In this document: positions 14,501 through 26,803 of the stretch, in pieces
How the letters are laid out: every line of letters begins with the position of its first letter
Position numbering within the stretch: the first letter of the stretch is position 1
From: Monosiga brevicollis MX1
Taxonomy: Eukaryota
Assembly (NCBI RefSeq): GCF_000002865.3
Contig: NW_001865042.1
Span: 409,933-473,932 of the forward strand
Direction of reading: 5' to 3'
DNA length: 64,000 nucleotides
Made by a program: the position numbers and the translations under genes
The notes under the pieces: generated by a model
Database searches by the model: none
Seen by the model: only the letters and a program-made list of their open reading frames with translations
Told to the model about the DNA's origin: nothing

Positions 14501-15807
14501 TGCATGAAGCATTCCTGGCCATGGTGGATGCGATGGGTGAGGCTGAGGCAGCAGGCGGCCCTTTTGGGGCCGTTGAACAACATGTCACAGTGCTACAAAC
14601 AGCTTCCAACTGGCATTTTCAGCAACAGTACCTCGAGTTTCGCCGCTTGCTGCATGATGCTCTCAGTCTGGCGCTGCGTCAGCTGCGCCGTGGCTTGACA
14701 GGCCGCCTCAGTTGCCTCGGCCATGTACATCGTGTCTACCATCTTGTGCGAGCCTTGCTAGAGGACCACTACGCCATGGACGATGCCAGCTGGACCTACC
14801 TGGACACTTGGCGTTGGGTGCTAGCGCAGTTGCTCGATGCCTTGCAACGCCGGACCGAGGAGCGACCTGTTGCACCAGAGCTTGATTTACTTCGACCACG
14901 GCAGCTGCCCTCAGACGAGAGTCTTGGTCTTTTGGAGCGAGCGCAACAACTCATGTTAGCAAAAGCGCAATCAGCCAACGTTCTAGGGCAAGCCGTCTTC
15001 GATTTGCTGGCCCGACCCTTCCCTGTCCCACGACATTTTTTTCGTGACAGCAATTTGTTGATGGCGCGCCTCGAGTGCTCGCCCCAGCTGCGAGATGGGC
15101 GCCCTTTCACCGTTGCCCTTGACTCGTACTGCAACGTCTTTGTCGATGGCTCTCTGATCTTACCTGATGCCACATGGTTTACTCATGGCAAGTTGGCCCA
15201 TGCCATACGTTCACACCTTTGTTAATACAAACAAACTGCGCAAGACCCCGTGAGGCTCTCATCCATGTGCGCTGCTGCTGCCTGTGCGCTTGTTCGTAGA
15301 GCGACGACTGAGCAAGTTGGCCATTGTACTGACGCTGCAACAGGACCTTGGTCATGGCAAATACAAAGACGTGACCCAGCACGCAGCCGTAGCGGAGGTG
15401 TGCGCTTTTTCTTTTTTTTTTTTCTCTGCAAATGGGATTCTGAGTGAGCAGGGTTCAAATATGCAGTTGGAAGTGATCTGAATACAACCTTACGACTCGT
15501 CTGTGCGCCTTGTGGTATCTTCTTTTGGTGCAGCTACAAAATTTGGTTTTCCAACAATCTTTTAGCATTTCACTGCCGGTTGGGCAGGTGTCGATTCTCT
15601 ATGCCTGCCGAGTGACATTGACCGCCATCGATGTTAACAACCGTCGATGGAAGGTGCATTCAACCACCGGAACCCAGCTCATTGTATGTCTGCTCGTGTT
15701 GCCACGATCGTGTTTCGACTGCTGCTTCATCGCTGAACAATGACGTTGGATTGACCTTGATTGACCCCACCTTGCAGGCAGAGGGCCTCAATAACATGAG
15801 CAATTGA
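11526..15807 (+). CDS. INTS7: Integrator complex subunit 7-like HEAT/ARM protein, multi-exon
   Basis: AINATFSLLANAF, DNELRYAIM and VLHSNDALARTLTLK resemble animal INTS7 INSAFLKLADVF / NNFLRLCVL / VIHSNDPVARAITLR. C-terminal PFPVPRHFFR resembles the INTS7 PRYFFQ motif and is followed by a beta-rich domain. Confidence 0.75.
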
Positions 15808-16134
15808 AAACGCTGTTATCCGAGATGCCTTCGGCAGCTGCGCTGTGAAGGAAGACGTTGCTTCAGCTGGCCATGCATGTGAGTAGTGTCAATTGACGTG
15901 TTAGAACTAAGACGAAAAAGCGATTTAATCATGGCACAAAATTTTGTTCCGTGGCTAACCCCCAGCTGGTTCTGCTCTGTGAGTCTGTCTCTTGCAAAAA
16001 GACAAGCCAAAAAAAACACAGAAACTTTTTTTGGTGTTTTGTTTGTTTGTGTGTTATCGAGCGTGCACTGAAAATGTGGGGGGACAAAGACGCATCGACG
16101 AAGAAAAAGGAGCAGCAAGTAGCTCATGGGCCAC

Positions 16135-18569
16135 TTAGTCCCAAAGAGGAAGACCGTACCAGTCGTATGGGTCCAGATAGTGGTGGCGTAGATCAAGAGA
16201 GCGGATTTTGGCCATATCCTCGTCGTCCAGGGCAAACTCACCCACAGTCAGGTTCTGACGCAGCTCGTTTTCCCGCAAGCTAAAAGGCATTGTGTTCACG
16301 CCACGCTGCACACACCAACGCAGAGCAACCTGCACCCGGACCCGATATAACCACCAGAGCATGAGACATGGCTAGGGAAGGCGCGGAAGATGCATCAGAA
16401 CAGAAAACACCAACCTGCGCCGTCGACTTGTCGTGCTTATCGGCAATCTCCTTCAACACGGGGTTGGCTAGCACCGTCACCTCGTCGGCTTTTTTGAAGG
16501 CGCCTTTAGGACACGAGCATGCCAAACCGAGTCATGTAAGGAAGAGAGGTGTGCGCAGACGCAAGTGCGACGATAGCAGCCGGATCCGGCGATGACGAAA
16601 GGAAACGCACCATAGCCCAAAGGTGAATAAGCCATAAACTGGATGCCAACCTTTTGGCAAAACCTGCAGCAAGACGTGTGTCAGGCTGTATACGAGTCAC
16701 AATCTCAATGTTGGGCGCAACAAGACGGTGAGACACGTACTCCAGTTGGCGCCATTGCTGATTGTAGGGGTGGCCCTCATTTTGTAGAACGTGGGGGATC
16801 ATCGCATGATCGCCCATCATCAGCTCGTGCAACAATTGAATCTACAAGACACGGCGTGTTTGAGGGTTGGAAGCGTGGCGAAAATAGGCGAAGGCTGCTT
16901 CCTGGGGTGGCTAAGCCCGCCAATGTTTCGCATTTCTTTGGGATGGGTGACAAGTGCTTACCTTAAAGTTGCAAACGCCCAGTGTACGAACGGTGCCATC
17001 TTTGTGGCAATCAATCAAAGCATCCCAGGTGTCGTGGATACTGATGCCACGGGCCAAATGAGGCGGGGGCCAGGAGCCCTTGTAATCCTTCCACTGAACG
17101 CCCGTAATCTATAACAGGGGGCGCACGGACATTGGTCAAGAGAGAGAGAATTGGGCAAAACAAGCTCAAAAGCCACAACTTTGAGCGGTGGCGTACACCA
17201 GTGCATTGATCAGGCTCGTAGCTCTGTGGAAAGTCACGCTGGGTTTCATCAAAGGGCACATGAACAAAGGCCGTCGGCCAGTGCATCAGATACATGTCTA
17301 CCCGAGCGTCATCAAGCCGCCACAGAAGAAGCATGGGAGCATGTCGTGAAGTCGCGCAGGAACGCGGCCTATGCGGTGCGGTAAGGGCGACGAGCGGCCG
17401 ATGAAGAAGAGCAGGATGACCACGCACCCAAGTAATCGACTTTGAGATCCTTCATCGTCTTCTCGAGAGCAGGGCGAACGTGTTCGGGCCTGGCATGAAA
17501 ATTTCAAGGAATTTTCATGAGTATCCATCTGCACAGCAAGCATCCCATAAAGTTGGCGCGGTGGGACAGGAGGTCGCACTTGTGGTAAGGGTTGTTGAGC
17601 TTGGAGGATATGAAAAGCTCCTCGCGGGTGACAATGCCCTCGGCAATGCACTCGGCCACGGCATCGCCGATTTCTGCCTGTCAACCGGCGCGAATTGAGG
17701 TAACGTTCGGGTGGAGGTAGGCAGAGTGTCGCGGTGAGCCGACAACAGAACAGAGGAGCAAAAGCAGCACGGAAAGGAAGCAGACCTCATTGAGATAGTT
17801 CTGCGCAGCATCAACTACGCGCGGGTCACAAGCCGTTGTAAGACACAAGGCCCAACAGTCAGAAAAGATTGGGCGACTAGGTTTCGACCACCGGGGACCA
17901 CCAGACGTACTCATGCGACCCCCGAGACGGATCCACATCTTGACGGCGTTCTTCATGACGCCGGGTTCTATCCAAGCGGAAAGAATGAGGACAGAAGGGG
18001 GTTTTTTTTTGCGCTTGGTGGAATCTGGGTATTGAGGGTCGTCGGGACGCACCGGCCTGCTGGGTCAAGCGTGTGCCAGTGAAGGTGCCCATGCCGATGG
18101 CTGGGACCTTGTAGCCAGAAGGAAGATCAAAGTGCGGCAGCTGTGATGAAGAGCAAGCGTCGCGGAAAAGCCGAAAGTTGTAACCGGAATGAGATCGACT
18201 CGGTCTGAAACCAAGTGGAGCACAAGACGAGGGATTGGAGGCCGGCGGGGCTGACGGTAGGGTTGGGCGGCGTAATCTGAACGGCGTCGGGGTTGATGGA
18301 TGAGGCTGCGATCAGATTGCGGATCTTGAGAGAGAGGAGCAGTAGCAGCAAGATCAGATCGTGAGAACAGCAAGCAGGCTTTCTTTGATGAAGATGCCAC
18401 GTGAGGGAGAATGCCGGATCAATGGCACCCAGAGCCAGAGGCTGCTCGATGTCATCTTGAACGACACTGCCAGCGATCGGGTGCTTCATACCTGGTGCGC
18501 GGCACCTCGGCCATGCAACGAGGCCACACGCTGGCCCACACCTGTCATTCGCATCACCAAGGCCGCCAT
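16135..18569 (-). CDS. Aldo-keto reductase (xylose/aldose reductase-like), multi-exon, with ~60-aa N-terminal extension
   Basis: [20 protein letters not shown] (catalytic Asp/Tyr), [10 protein letters not shown] (Lys), DMYLMHWP (His), [22 protein letters not shown]. The start at 18569 is inferred from an in-frame splice path. Confidence 0.9.
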
Positions 18570-18611
18570 TGTTCCACGTGCCTGCGACCCGCTGCCAAAT
18601 CACAAAAAAAA

Positions 18612-18838
18612 AGACACACAGAGACACAGAGAGAGAGAGAGAGGGAGAGAGACAGAGAGAGACAGACAGACAGACAGAGAGAGACAGACAGAGAGACAGA
18701 CGGACAGACAGAGACAGACAGAGACAGACAGAGACAGAGAGAGACAGAGACAGAGACAGAGAGACAGAGACAGAGAATTGAATTGGTTTGGTCAGTTTGA
18801 GAAAGAGAGAACAGAGACAGAGAGAGACACACAGAGAC

Positions 18839-18871
<33 letters not shown>

Positions 18872-18941
18872 TACACAGAGAGGAGAGACACACAGAGACA
18901 CACAGAGACACACAGAGAGAAGAGAGAGAGAGACACACACA
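18612..18941. repeat. Compound GA/GACA/GAGACA microsatellite, probably in the AKR 5' UTR intron
   Basis: Read directly; a minus-strand acceptor (ttggcag) lies just 3' of the tract. Confidence 0.9.
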
Positions 18942-19454
18942 GAAAGCTTGCAGCAATTCACCAAAACACCAACAACTTCAACTTGATGCTCTTCTACGTT
19001 AACACAAAGCCTGGCAGAATAAACATCTTATTCTGCCACATCTTCTTACACTGTTAACATTAATATATCTTCTCAAATTATCCTTATCGCTACAATATCT
19101 TTTTCAAGATGTACGTTTACTTGAACCAAAATAGAATAAACCTGAATATCAAGGCAAAGTGCTCCTTTTGGGACGTCTGCCCCGGTCGATCGGTGCCGAC
19201 ATGCTTGCCACCTTGAAACAAAATGGAGACTGCTCTTGTGGCACATCCTGTATCGCATATTATTCAGATGCACAGGAGCATGGAGGAGCACAACAAAGTT
19301 GGGGAGACTCAATTGGTACAGACATGAAAAGGAATGACAACTCGGTATGCTTTTGGTCGCTTCATCCACAACAAAAGGCGCCTGCTAGATATGAAAACAG
19401 CTAAAAGGCCTCACTCAGCTCGAGTCAGCTCGAATGGTCACGCCTCTTTGACGA

Positions 19455-22390
19455 CTACTGGAAAAAAAGGCGCATTTCTTCCTCCTCGGCTGACTGTGCC
19501 TTGGGGTTTTGCCCATTATGGTCAGTTCGCTTGCGCGGTGGGGGTTGCGAGCGGTACATGAGCTTGCGCCCTGTCACCTCGCGCGGGGCCTCCTGGGCAC
19601 GCTGGAGTGCCCGGCGCACACGAAGCTCTTGTTGCCGCTTCTGCTCTTGCAACTTTTCTTCGCGCAAACGCTGGCGCCGCTCTTTGTCCTTGATCTAGAG
19701 CATGAGATCCAAGGCCATGAATGAAAAGCACGATGCAAAACACACAAGGCGCACGCACATCACCCGCACTCGATAAACCACTCAAAAGTCTGCACATACC
19801 TTTTCAGCTGCCGCCAACCGATCTGGAGGCATGGAAGACATGGCCTCGAGTAGTTCCTCCACCTTGTTCTCAATGTTGGTCAGCATCTGCAACGTGGAAA
19901 TACCCGCCTCATTTTGGCCGATGCAAGCGCGATATACTTCGCTGACCTACGCACACAGGCCCGTCTCATGAAAATCATGACCCTCCCACCAAGGACTTTT
20001 GAAAACAACACGCAGATGCCAGCCGACGCTGTTGGAAAGCCTTACCTTGTCGTCCAAGCGACCAAGCTCTGCTTCTTGGTCCTCAACTGTGGCAGCCGAA
20101 AAGTACTGGCAACGCTCTTTGAGCATAACAACCGTCTCCCGCTCGCGTTCGATTTGCGCCTCAAGATCTGACAATTGGTTTTCCATGCCAGTGCGCTCTT
20201 GCTGCAGCACCTGGCGCTCAGCACGGAAGCGATCTGACAGATCTTGCAAGTGCTCCTCACTGTCCTGCCCGTTAGTAATGAGCGACAAGTTCTCCTCCTC
20301 CAAAGACTCGAGGATGTTGACAAGTTCTGAGGGCTCTTGAAAGTACAGACTGGGCTCAAGCTCGAGATCCACCAGCTCAAACCGTTGCAAAGCGGTCTCC
20401 TGCTGCTGCTCTTGTTGTTGTCGGATCTCAGCAACAGAATTGCGCCCGGTCACGCTGGCTGCGCGCTCACGCCGTGACACGCTTGAACTGCGACGTCGGC
20501 GTCGGGCCGTACCAACCGACGAGCGGCGACGGCCGGCAGGCCGGGCTGAGGCCGCTGCCTCACTGGCGGCCGATGCCTGCCGTGAGCGCAGCGCTGTCAA
20601 CACCTGACGCTGCTTGAGCTCCTGCTCGCTCTGCCACGCCTACATCAGTGCCAAGCCCCAAACGCAAATTCATGTGTTTCCGTCCAACACGGGCGCCCGC
20701 ATGGTTGCGGTGCAGGCGTGAGAACACAGAGGGAAGTATAGTTACAGGCGCGCTGATATTCCGGACCAAGATCGGACAAGGTAGACCAGGATGCCACAAC
20801 CTACCGCTGGGGACAGCGAGTCGAGAAAGAGACGATACGAGCGCAATTCGCTAATTTGGTCCTCTTGCTTGGTCACCTCACTGCCAACGGCCATGATCTC
20901 AGCCTGTGACCACGCAAAAACGTGAGGGGACACTAATGTTGGAGGCAATCGAGCGCAGAGATACGAGATCAACAAGTGCCCACCTGTAGTCGCTTGATCT
21001 CGCTGGCCTTGTCTTGCTTGCGCGCCGTGGCCTCTTCAGCATCTTTGATGGCGCTGACTGCTGCACGGTCATTGTCACGGAGAAATTGATCAAACTTGGC
21101 GGCGTCGGCCTCCAGCCAACGTTCGGCTTCCTGGGGACACAAAAAAGATGGCAACAATGAATCCCGACAAGGGCATCCAACTGAAACATGCGCTCAAGGG
21201 CAGGAACCCGGTCATGAACAGCCTCTTGCAGCATCATCAACGCACATTGAGTTTGGCCTCTTCTTGATGAGCCTGTTCTTCCAGCTTTTGGATTTCAGCG
21301 CGCTTCACGTCGAGTGAAAACTTGAGCAGGAACACCTCGCGGCGCGTCTGAACGTATTCGGAGAGCTGCTCACGCTCAATGCGACGATCTCGTGTCTCAA
21401 TGGCCAGCAGGTCGAGTTGCTTGGTCAACTCATCCTTCTCAGCCGGTGTCAGTGTCTTATCCTCGAGTGCTATCACCAAAAGAGAATTTTTCGATCGTTG
21501 TGCCAAATCAGAAGGTGACAGGATGAACGCAAAATTAAAAGAGGGGGGAAGAGGCAAGATTCATGCAAGTCAGACCAGTGCCTTGCTCGCAACAAGGTCA
21601 GCCACGCGCACCTTGTTCTGCGGCCAACTCATCATCAATGTCTGCCACCAGGGCCTTGGCTGGTGGGCGTTGAAGGACTGTGCTGCGTTCGTGCACCGGC
21701 AGTTGGCGCAGTGTGGCTCGCAGCTACAAGCAGTGCACATGTGCATGCACACCAGACAAATAGTCGTGAGTGGGACTGTGCGCTTGCTTGGCCGACCTCA
21801 CTGTTGTGGACACACCTCTTTCTGCTCGGCTTTGGCAAGTTCGCGCGCGGTTAAAAGCTCGTCATTTGCTGGTAGAGCAAAAGGATTCTCGGGCTGAGCA
21901 GCGGCGCGAGTGCTGCGAAGCGTGTTCCGGAGGCTCTTGGTGCCAGACTGGGTCGTGCGTTGCGTACTGCCCAAGCCCTTATGACCCCGGGTGCTTCGCA
22001 GGGTGCTCTAATCATAATGCCAGCATGAGAAGTCAAAACGCAGTTGCCCTGGCCCCAACACACACCAGCAAAAGGAAACGTACAGATAGTGCCTTAGCAG
22101 CACCTTCGCGTCGCGGAGCAGACATGGCTACGAGCACGAAAGAGCGCGATGAGTTCACAACAGAGGTGGGGGTCGAAGGCGAGCTTGAGGCTCGAGATCT
22201 TGTGCTGAATCGCGGCGGGCCCGAAAGGAGCATTGTGTGGAAGGGGCGGATGGAGCAGAGAGGCGGAACAAGATAGAAGAGAGAGACGGCGGAGGGGGGG
22301 GGGGAGAGAACGCCAAGCTGTGACACTAGGGGCGGGGGGGTAGAGGGTGGCATGTGGTCACCAACCGCTGCCAATGTCGGCGCTCGCCAT
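19455..22390 (-). CDS. CFAP100: Cilia- and flagella-associated protein 100 (CCDC37/CCDC38 family, DUF4200 coiled coil), multi-exon
   Basis: ENPFALP, RREVFLLKFSLDVKRAEIQKLE, LEADAAKFDQFLRDND, EPSLYFQEPSELVNILESLEEENLSLITN, RALQRAQEAP..GRKLMYRSQPP, EEEEMRLFFQ. Exon 1 MASADIGS splices in frame to (A)MSAPRR. Confidence 0.85.
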
Positions 22391-22435
22391 CTCGCCGGCC
22401 CGCTTGCTGTGTGTGTGTGTGTGTGTGTGTGGATG

Positions 22436-22457
22436 GTTGTCAGGAGCTCTTGACAAC
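22436..22457. promoter_or_regulatory. Inverted pair of GTTGTCA RFX-like half sites upstream of CFAP100
   Basis: GTTGTCA-GGAGCTCT-TGACAAC, 46-67 bp upstream of the inferred ATG. Confidence 0.45.
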
Positions 22458-22995
22458 AATGATCCAAATCAGCTTTGTCATTGTCATCATTTTAAAATTG
22501 GTGACTTTTTTTTTTTTTTTCGACGTGTTTGTTCTCATTCGTGATTCGCAAGGCACGAGTCAAGGACCGCAAACTTCGGCAATAGTCATTCCGGACCCAA
22601 CGTAGCACGGCTAAAGTATTACCGGTAGCTACAAGACACAGGTGAGAGCAACTCATGCGAAAATGCCTCGTCAAGCAGCAATGAAGACGCTAAGAAGGAA
22701 GCCTATTGTGGATCCTTTTTCGAACAGTTTAGTTCAGTGCAGTTTAGTTTCACTTTTGTGTCGCGCAACTTAAGGCAGCTTTGGTGTTTCGCTGCCGATA
22801 GCAAGGGAGAACCCAAAAATATCAGAAAAGCAAAAAAGGATTCGAATTGGAAAAAGGTGGTTCATGGCTGGGTACACAGAGAGTACGGCGCAGAATAAAA
22901 GGACCGACGCAAACACACTCTGGCAGAGCCTGAAAGGCTGGGTACAAAACTAAGAGCACACTCAAAAAACGGATGGGAGAAAGAAGCAGAACCAT

Positions 22996-25900
22996 TTAGT
23001 TGCGCTTCTTGCTTGGCGCCACGCGGGTGCCGTTGTGCGAGAGGTACATTTCGACACCTTGGCGGCCGAGCTGCCAGATCTGATCGCCTCCCTTGTTCAG
23101 ATTCTCTGCCACCTCGGGATAGCGGCCAGAGTGGGAGACAGCAAACCACACGAGAACAGCCGCAAAGCTCAGGTACGTGACGTAGGCAAGCATGTGTGCA
23201 ATGGGATCCAGCTCAATGACATCCAGTACCACGCTGACAATGTGTACCAACAGAGCCAGCGCGCCAAAGGCCACCGGCGTCTGCAGACCCCGCAGCAGGT
23301 CTTTACCAGCGTTGTATCCCTTCAAACGTGTAAATCTAAGCACAACAAATCACACAAGTCGTCAGGAGGCACCGCAGCGGGCAGAGGCAGACAGTAGATA
23401 CGACGTACTCTTCCTCAATGTCCGTGGCTAGCTGTTCGCGAGCAGCTTCCCGGGCCTTGGAGCCACCAATCAGTTGCGCCGAGTCGAAGAGGCTCAGCGC
23501 GTCCTGGCGGCTACGTTCGTGTGACTATTTCGGCAAACGCACAAGGATTAGCCCTCTGTCCGGTGACAGTTGCGCACAGTCAACGCCCCGTGGCGTCAGG
23601 GCACAAACCTGGCTGAGTGTCTCCGTGTTCACAAAAGGCTTGCTGGGCCCCACAACATCACGCATTTGCGCTTCATAGGTCTCAAATGCCCGAGAGGAGA
23701 TGACCTGCAGTGTGGCGTCCGCTGTGGCCTTCATAATTGATTTGATCTAAGGCACACACAAAAAGTGGCACATCAGCAGCATCATCAGACCAACTAGCCA
23801 TGACCATCATCATCAGGCATGCAGAACGTCGGCTGTTAGTCATCCGAGCAGGAGGAACGTCGCAATGACTGACCTCGGGCAATTCGCCGTCGTTGAACGC
23901 GGCAACATAGGCCTCCAAAAATGCGCGCAGGCCACGGCAGGTAACTTCTTCACCGGCCACGCGCTTGACCAGCAAGGCATCGTCTTTTAGGACTGAAGGA
24001 ACAAAGACATCGAGATGCTCGCGAAAGTCCTCCTCCAGCAAATCAAGCTGGCCTGCAAACTCGGATTTCTTAACCTTCTTGCCCGGGTCGGGCAACAAGA
24101 AGCAGGAAATGTCCTCGTAGCAGCCGCGCAGCCACTCGCGCACTTCCCGCAGTTCCTCTGGTTGATCTGTCGGTCATTGGTGTGTTGCGCGTTCCGCAGG
24201 GCATCGTGAGCGAAAGTGAAAGCAACACTCTAGCAATATGCGATCTTTCGCCGAGAAAGGAAAGGCGGGAAAAAAACAGGTAGGAGCAACGGGCAGCGCA
24301 GGCAGGAAAGAAGGAAAAGAGTTGACAGCAAAACAAGACATAACAATGCAAAATGCATTGATCGAGCTGATGGTAACTGGCCGACGCTCACCTTCGCTGG
24401 TGGCTAGAATTGAGTCGAGATAGGCTTGGCCACCCTCGGCACCAGCGGGATAGTCTTCAAACTCCCAGTCGCGCACCAAAAACTGAATTTACCAAACCCG
24501 GGAGGGCCACGCACAGAAAATACATGTGCGAGCGAGTGCGCGAGTGAGTGGGAGAGAAGACTTTGCCTTGCGAATCAAGAAAGACCATAGAAGTGACCGA
24601 CCTTCAGTTCTTGGAAGGGACGCTCAGTCGACTGCTGGCGTCCAATCATGGCGCCAAACTCGGTGAACAGGTGCATTTGCTGTCAAGACAGACGACAACA
24701 GAAACACGATCAAAGTGAGCTTCGAGACTCGACACGGTAAGCGCTGCCAAGGATCGAAGGGTAGGTATCAGTGGTCGCACCTGCAAAATATCCTCGGAAA
24801 TTTTCTCCTTGATGTTGTAGATTTGCATCGAGCTGATCAGCGCATTAAAGGCGAAGATGCGCGTGTTTTGGTCCATGGACATGTGCTTGTCAAATGTGCC
24901 CTGCACCCTCAGTCGTACAAAACAGCATCAAAAAGAGGTTGCCATGGAACGGTTAAATGAGCTGCTTGAGCCCAGTTGCAAGCTGCCACGAGGCGAATGT
25001 GGGACTCTAAGAGCCCTTTGTCAAATGTCTAGGCAAAACCACCTGCGTATCAATAAGAACGATGGCGATTTCGCGGCCACTGGGAAGCTTGCGAACAAAA
25101 GGCTTGTTCCACATCCACACGCCTACACTCCCAATGAGATGAGAAAGGTCCTCGAAAGGAATACTCCTGTCGCCAACAGAGGCTCACCCGTCGTGTCGCG
25201 TTCGACACCATGGCGCCAGCGGAAGCCACCTTCCACCACGTCAGAGTGTTTTAGCTGCCAGTTGACCTAGATTGTGGCAGCAGGGTTGTATATGATGCTG
25301 AAGACGAGATGGCATGGCGGGAGGCGGATGCAGACGCGCGCGCCCGCGCGTACCGGGTCTTCCAAATAGCGGAGGAAGAAGTTGAGCATAAAGGATTTGC
25401 CTGTGCGGAAGGGGCCTAGAGCGCATTGCAGTTTGAGCGTGTCCAGGGAGGAGGGGGTTCAAGGCAAGAGTACATCTCCAAGCTCAGTCAGGGAAGGCGC
25501 ACCTGCGAGGGAGACAACGGCCACGGGTAGATCCTGCACGGCAGATGCTTCGAGCACAGCGGTCACAGCAGCATCATTCAAGACAAAGGTCGAGGAGCTT
25601 GAGTCAAAGTCAACAATCTGAATGGGGCGCGCTTCCTCAGCGGCCGTCAGGTAGGCCGGTACGCCTTGTCCAGAGGGTGCAGAGGGCGGGAAAGCGTGAG
25701 GCCAGGTGGGTCAACGTGCGTGCTGGCAACGATAAAACAGTAGGGTGTGTTTGACAACAGACCTCGGCGAAATTCGACGGTATCATCATCCCGAATCAAT
25801 GTGGTGACACGCTCAGAGCTGGTAAAATCAACCACTGTCTCCAAGCCTTGCGCACTGTCACCAGGCACAGATATCAGTCGGCCCAAAACTTTGGGCGCTG

Positions 25901-26179
25901 GAGGACAAAAGTCAAGGTGAGGGGCTGAGACAGACCTATGATGAAAGCCCGTGTGTGTGCGAAGGAGGTCTCCTTGGTCAGGTACAGCCTTCTTGATCAC
26001 CTTGCCGAGTTGCTGAAGGGTGACGAGGAACAGGCGACCGGTGAGACCCACGGCCTTTAGGCGCCCACGGATGCATCAGAAAGAAGAAGAGTCAGGGCAC
26101 ATACCACAAAGTCAGAGGCTTCAGGGCACTGCACCTCAACGGCTTCGCGCATGTGCGGCAGAAGAATGTTGATATACAT
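22996..26179 (-). CDS. ATL: Atlastin (ER-fusion GTPase, GBP superfamily) with two C-terminal TM helices and an extra N-terminal module
   Basis: G1 VVSLAGPFRTGKSFMLNFFLRYL, G2 RDTT-GVWMW, G3 IDTQGTFD, G4 FLVRDW, CFLLPDPG, and a hydrophobic hairpin before SGRYPE. The start at 26179 is inferred. Confidence 0.9.
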
Positions 26180-26803
26180 GGTTGAGGGTGCAGCTGAAGT
26201 CGACGTCTACTCGAAAAGCGGAGGCAGCGGCAAACGGCACGTGAAATGAAAAAGTCACATAGACTCGCACCTGTATTAACAAGCAAGGTAGACTTGAACG
26301 TGCGCCCGCCAAAGGCGGCTCAATAACCCAACACGGGCCCGCTTGTCTGCGCCGCTTGCCGCGCTGCCATTTTTTTTTTTTTTTTTTACAAACGCCGCGC
26401 CACACGCACCTCAGAAAATGCCACTTTCACTGCATTCGTGCTCTGCCCAAAACAGCTCCATACCACATGGTAGCAGTGTGTGATTTTATCTGACAATTGT
26501 ATCTGACATTTCTCATTGTGCTGGTGGTGAGTGCTTATACACACGTGGTGATGGTGGCGTTGCCTTTGTCCATCTCTTGATTGTGGTTGGATTTTATCAA
26601 GCATCTCTGGGTTTTAGACATCAAGGGCTCATGTCTCTGCTTTTAGCAGGGCTTCAGCGTGGTCGCTTGAAGCTCCAGACATCGTCCCTCTGAATCTATG
26701 ACCAACTCTTGCATGCTCTCTCACTTTCTTCGTCACGTTCGGCACTTTCTCTTCTTCCGGCTCGTCCAAGTCTTCTGGATCTCGAGGCGACGAGACCGGC
26801 GCC

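Noticed and set aside
18127..19057. Long ORFs rich in SLSL/RQRE/THTH/VCVC (also near 3585, 39761-40330, 45578-46079)
   Set aside because: They are translations of microsatellites, not proteins.
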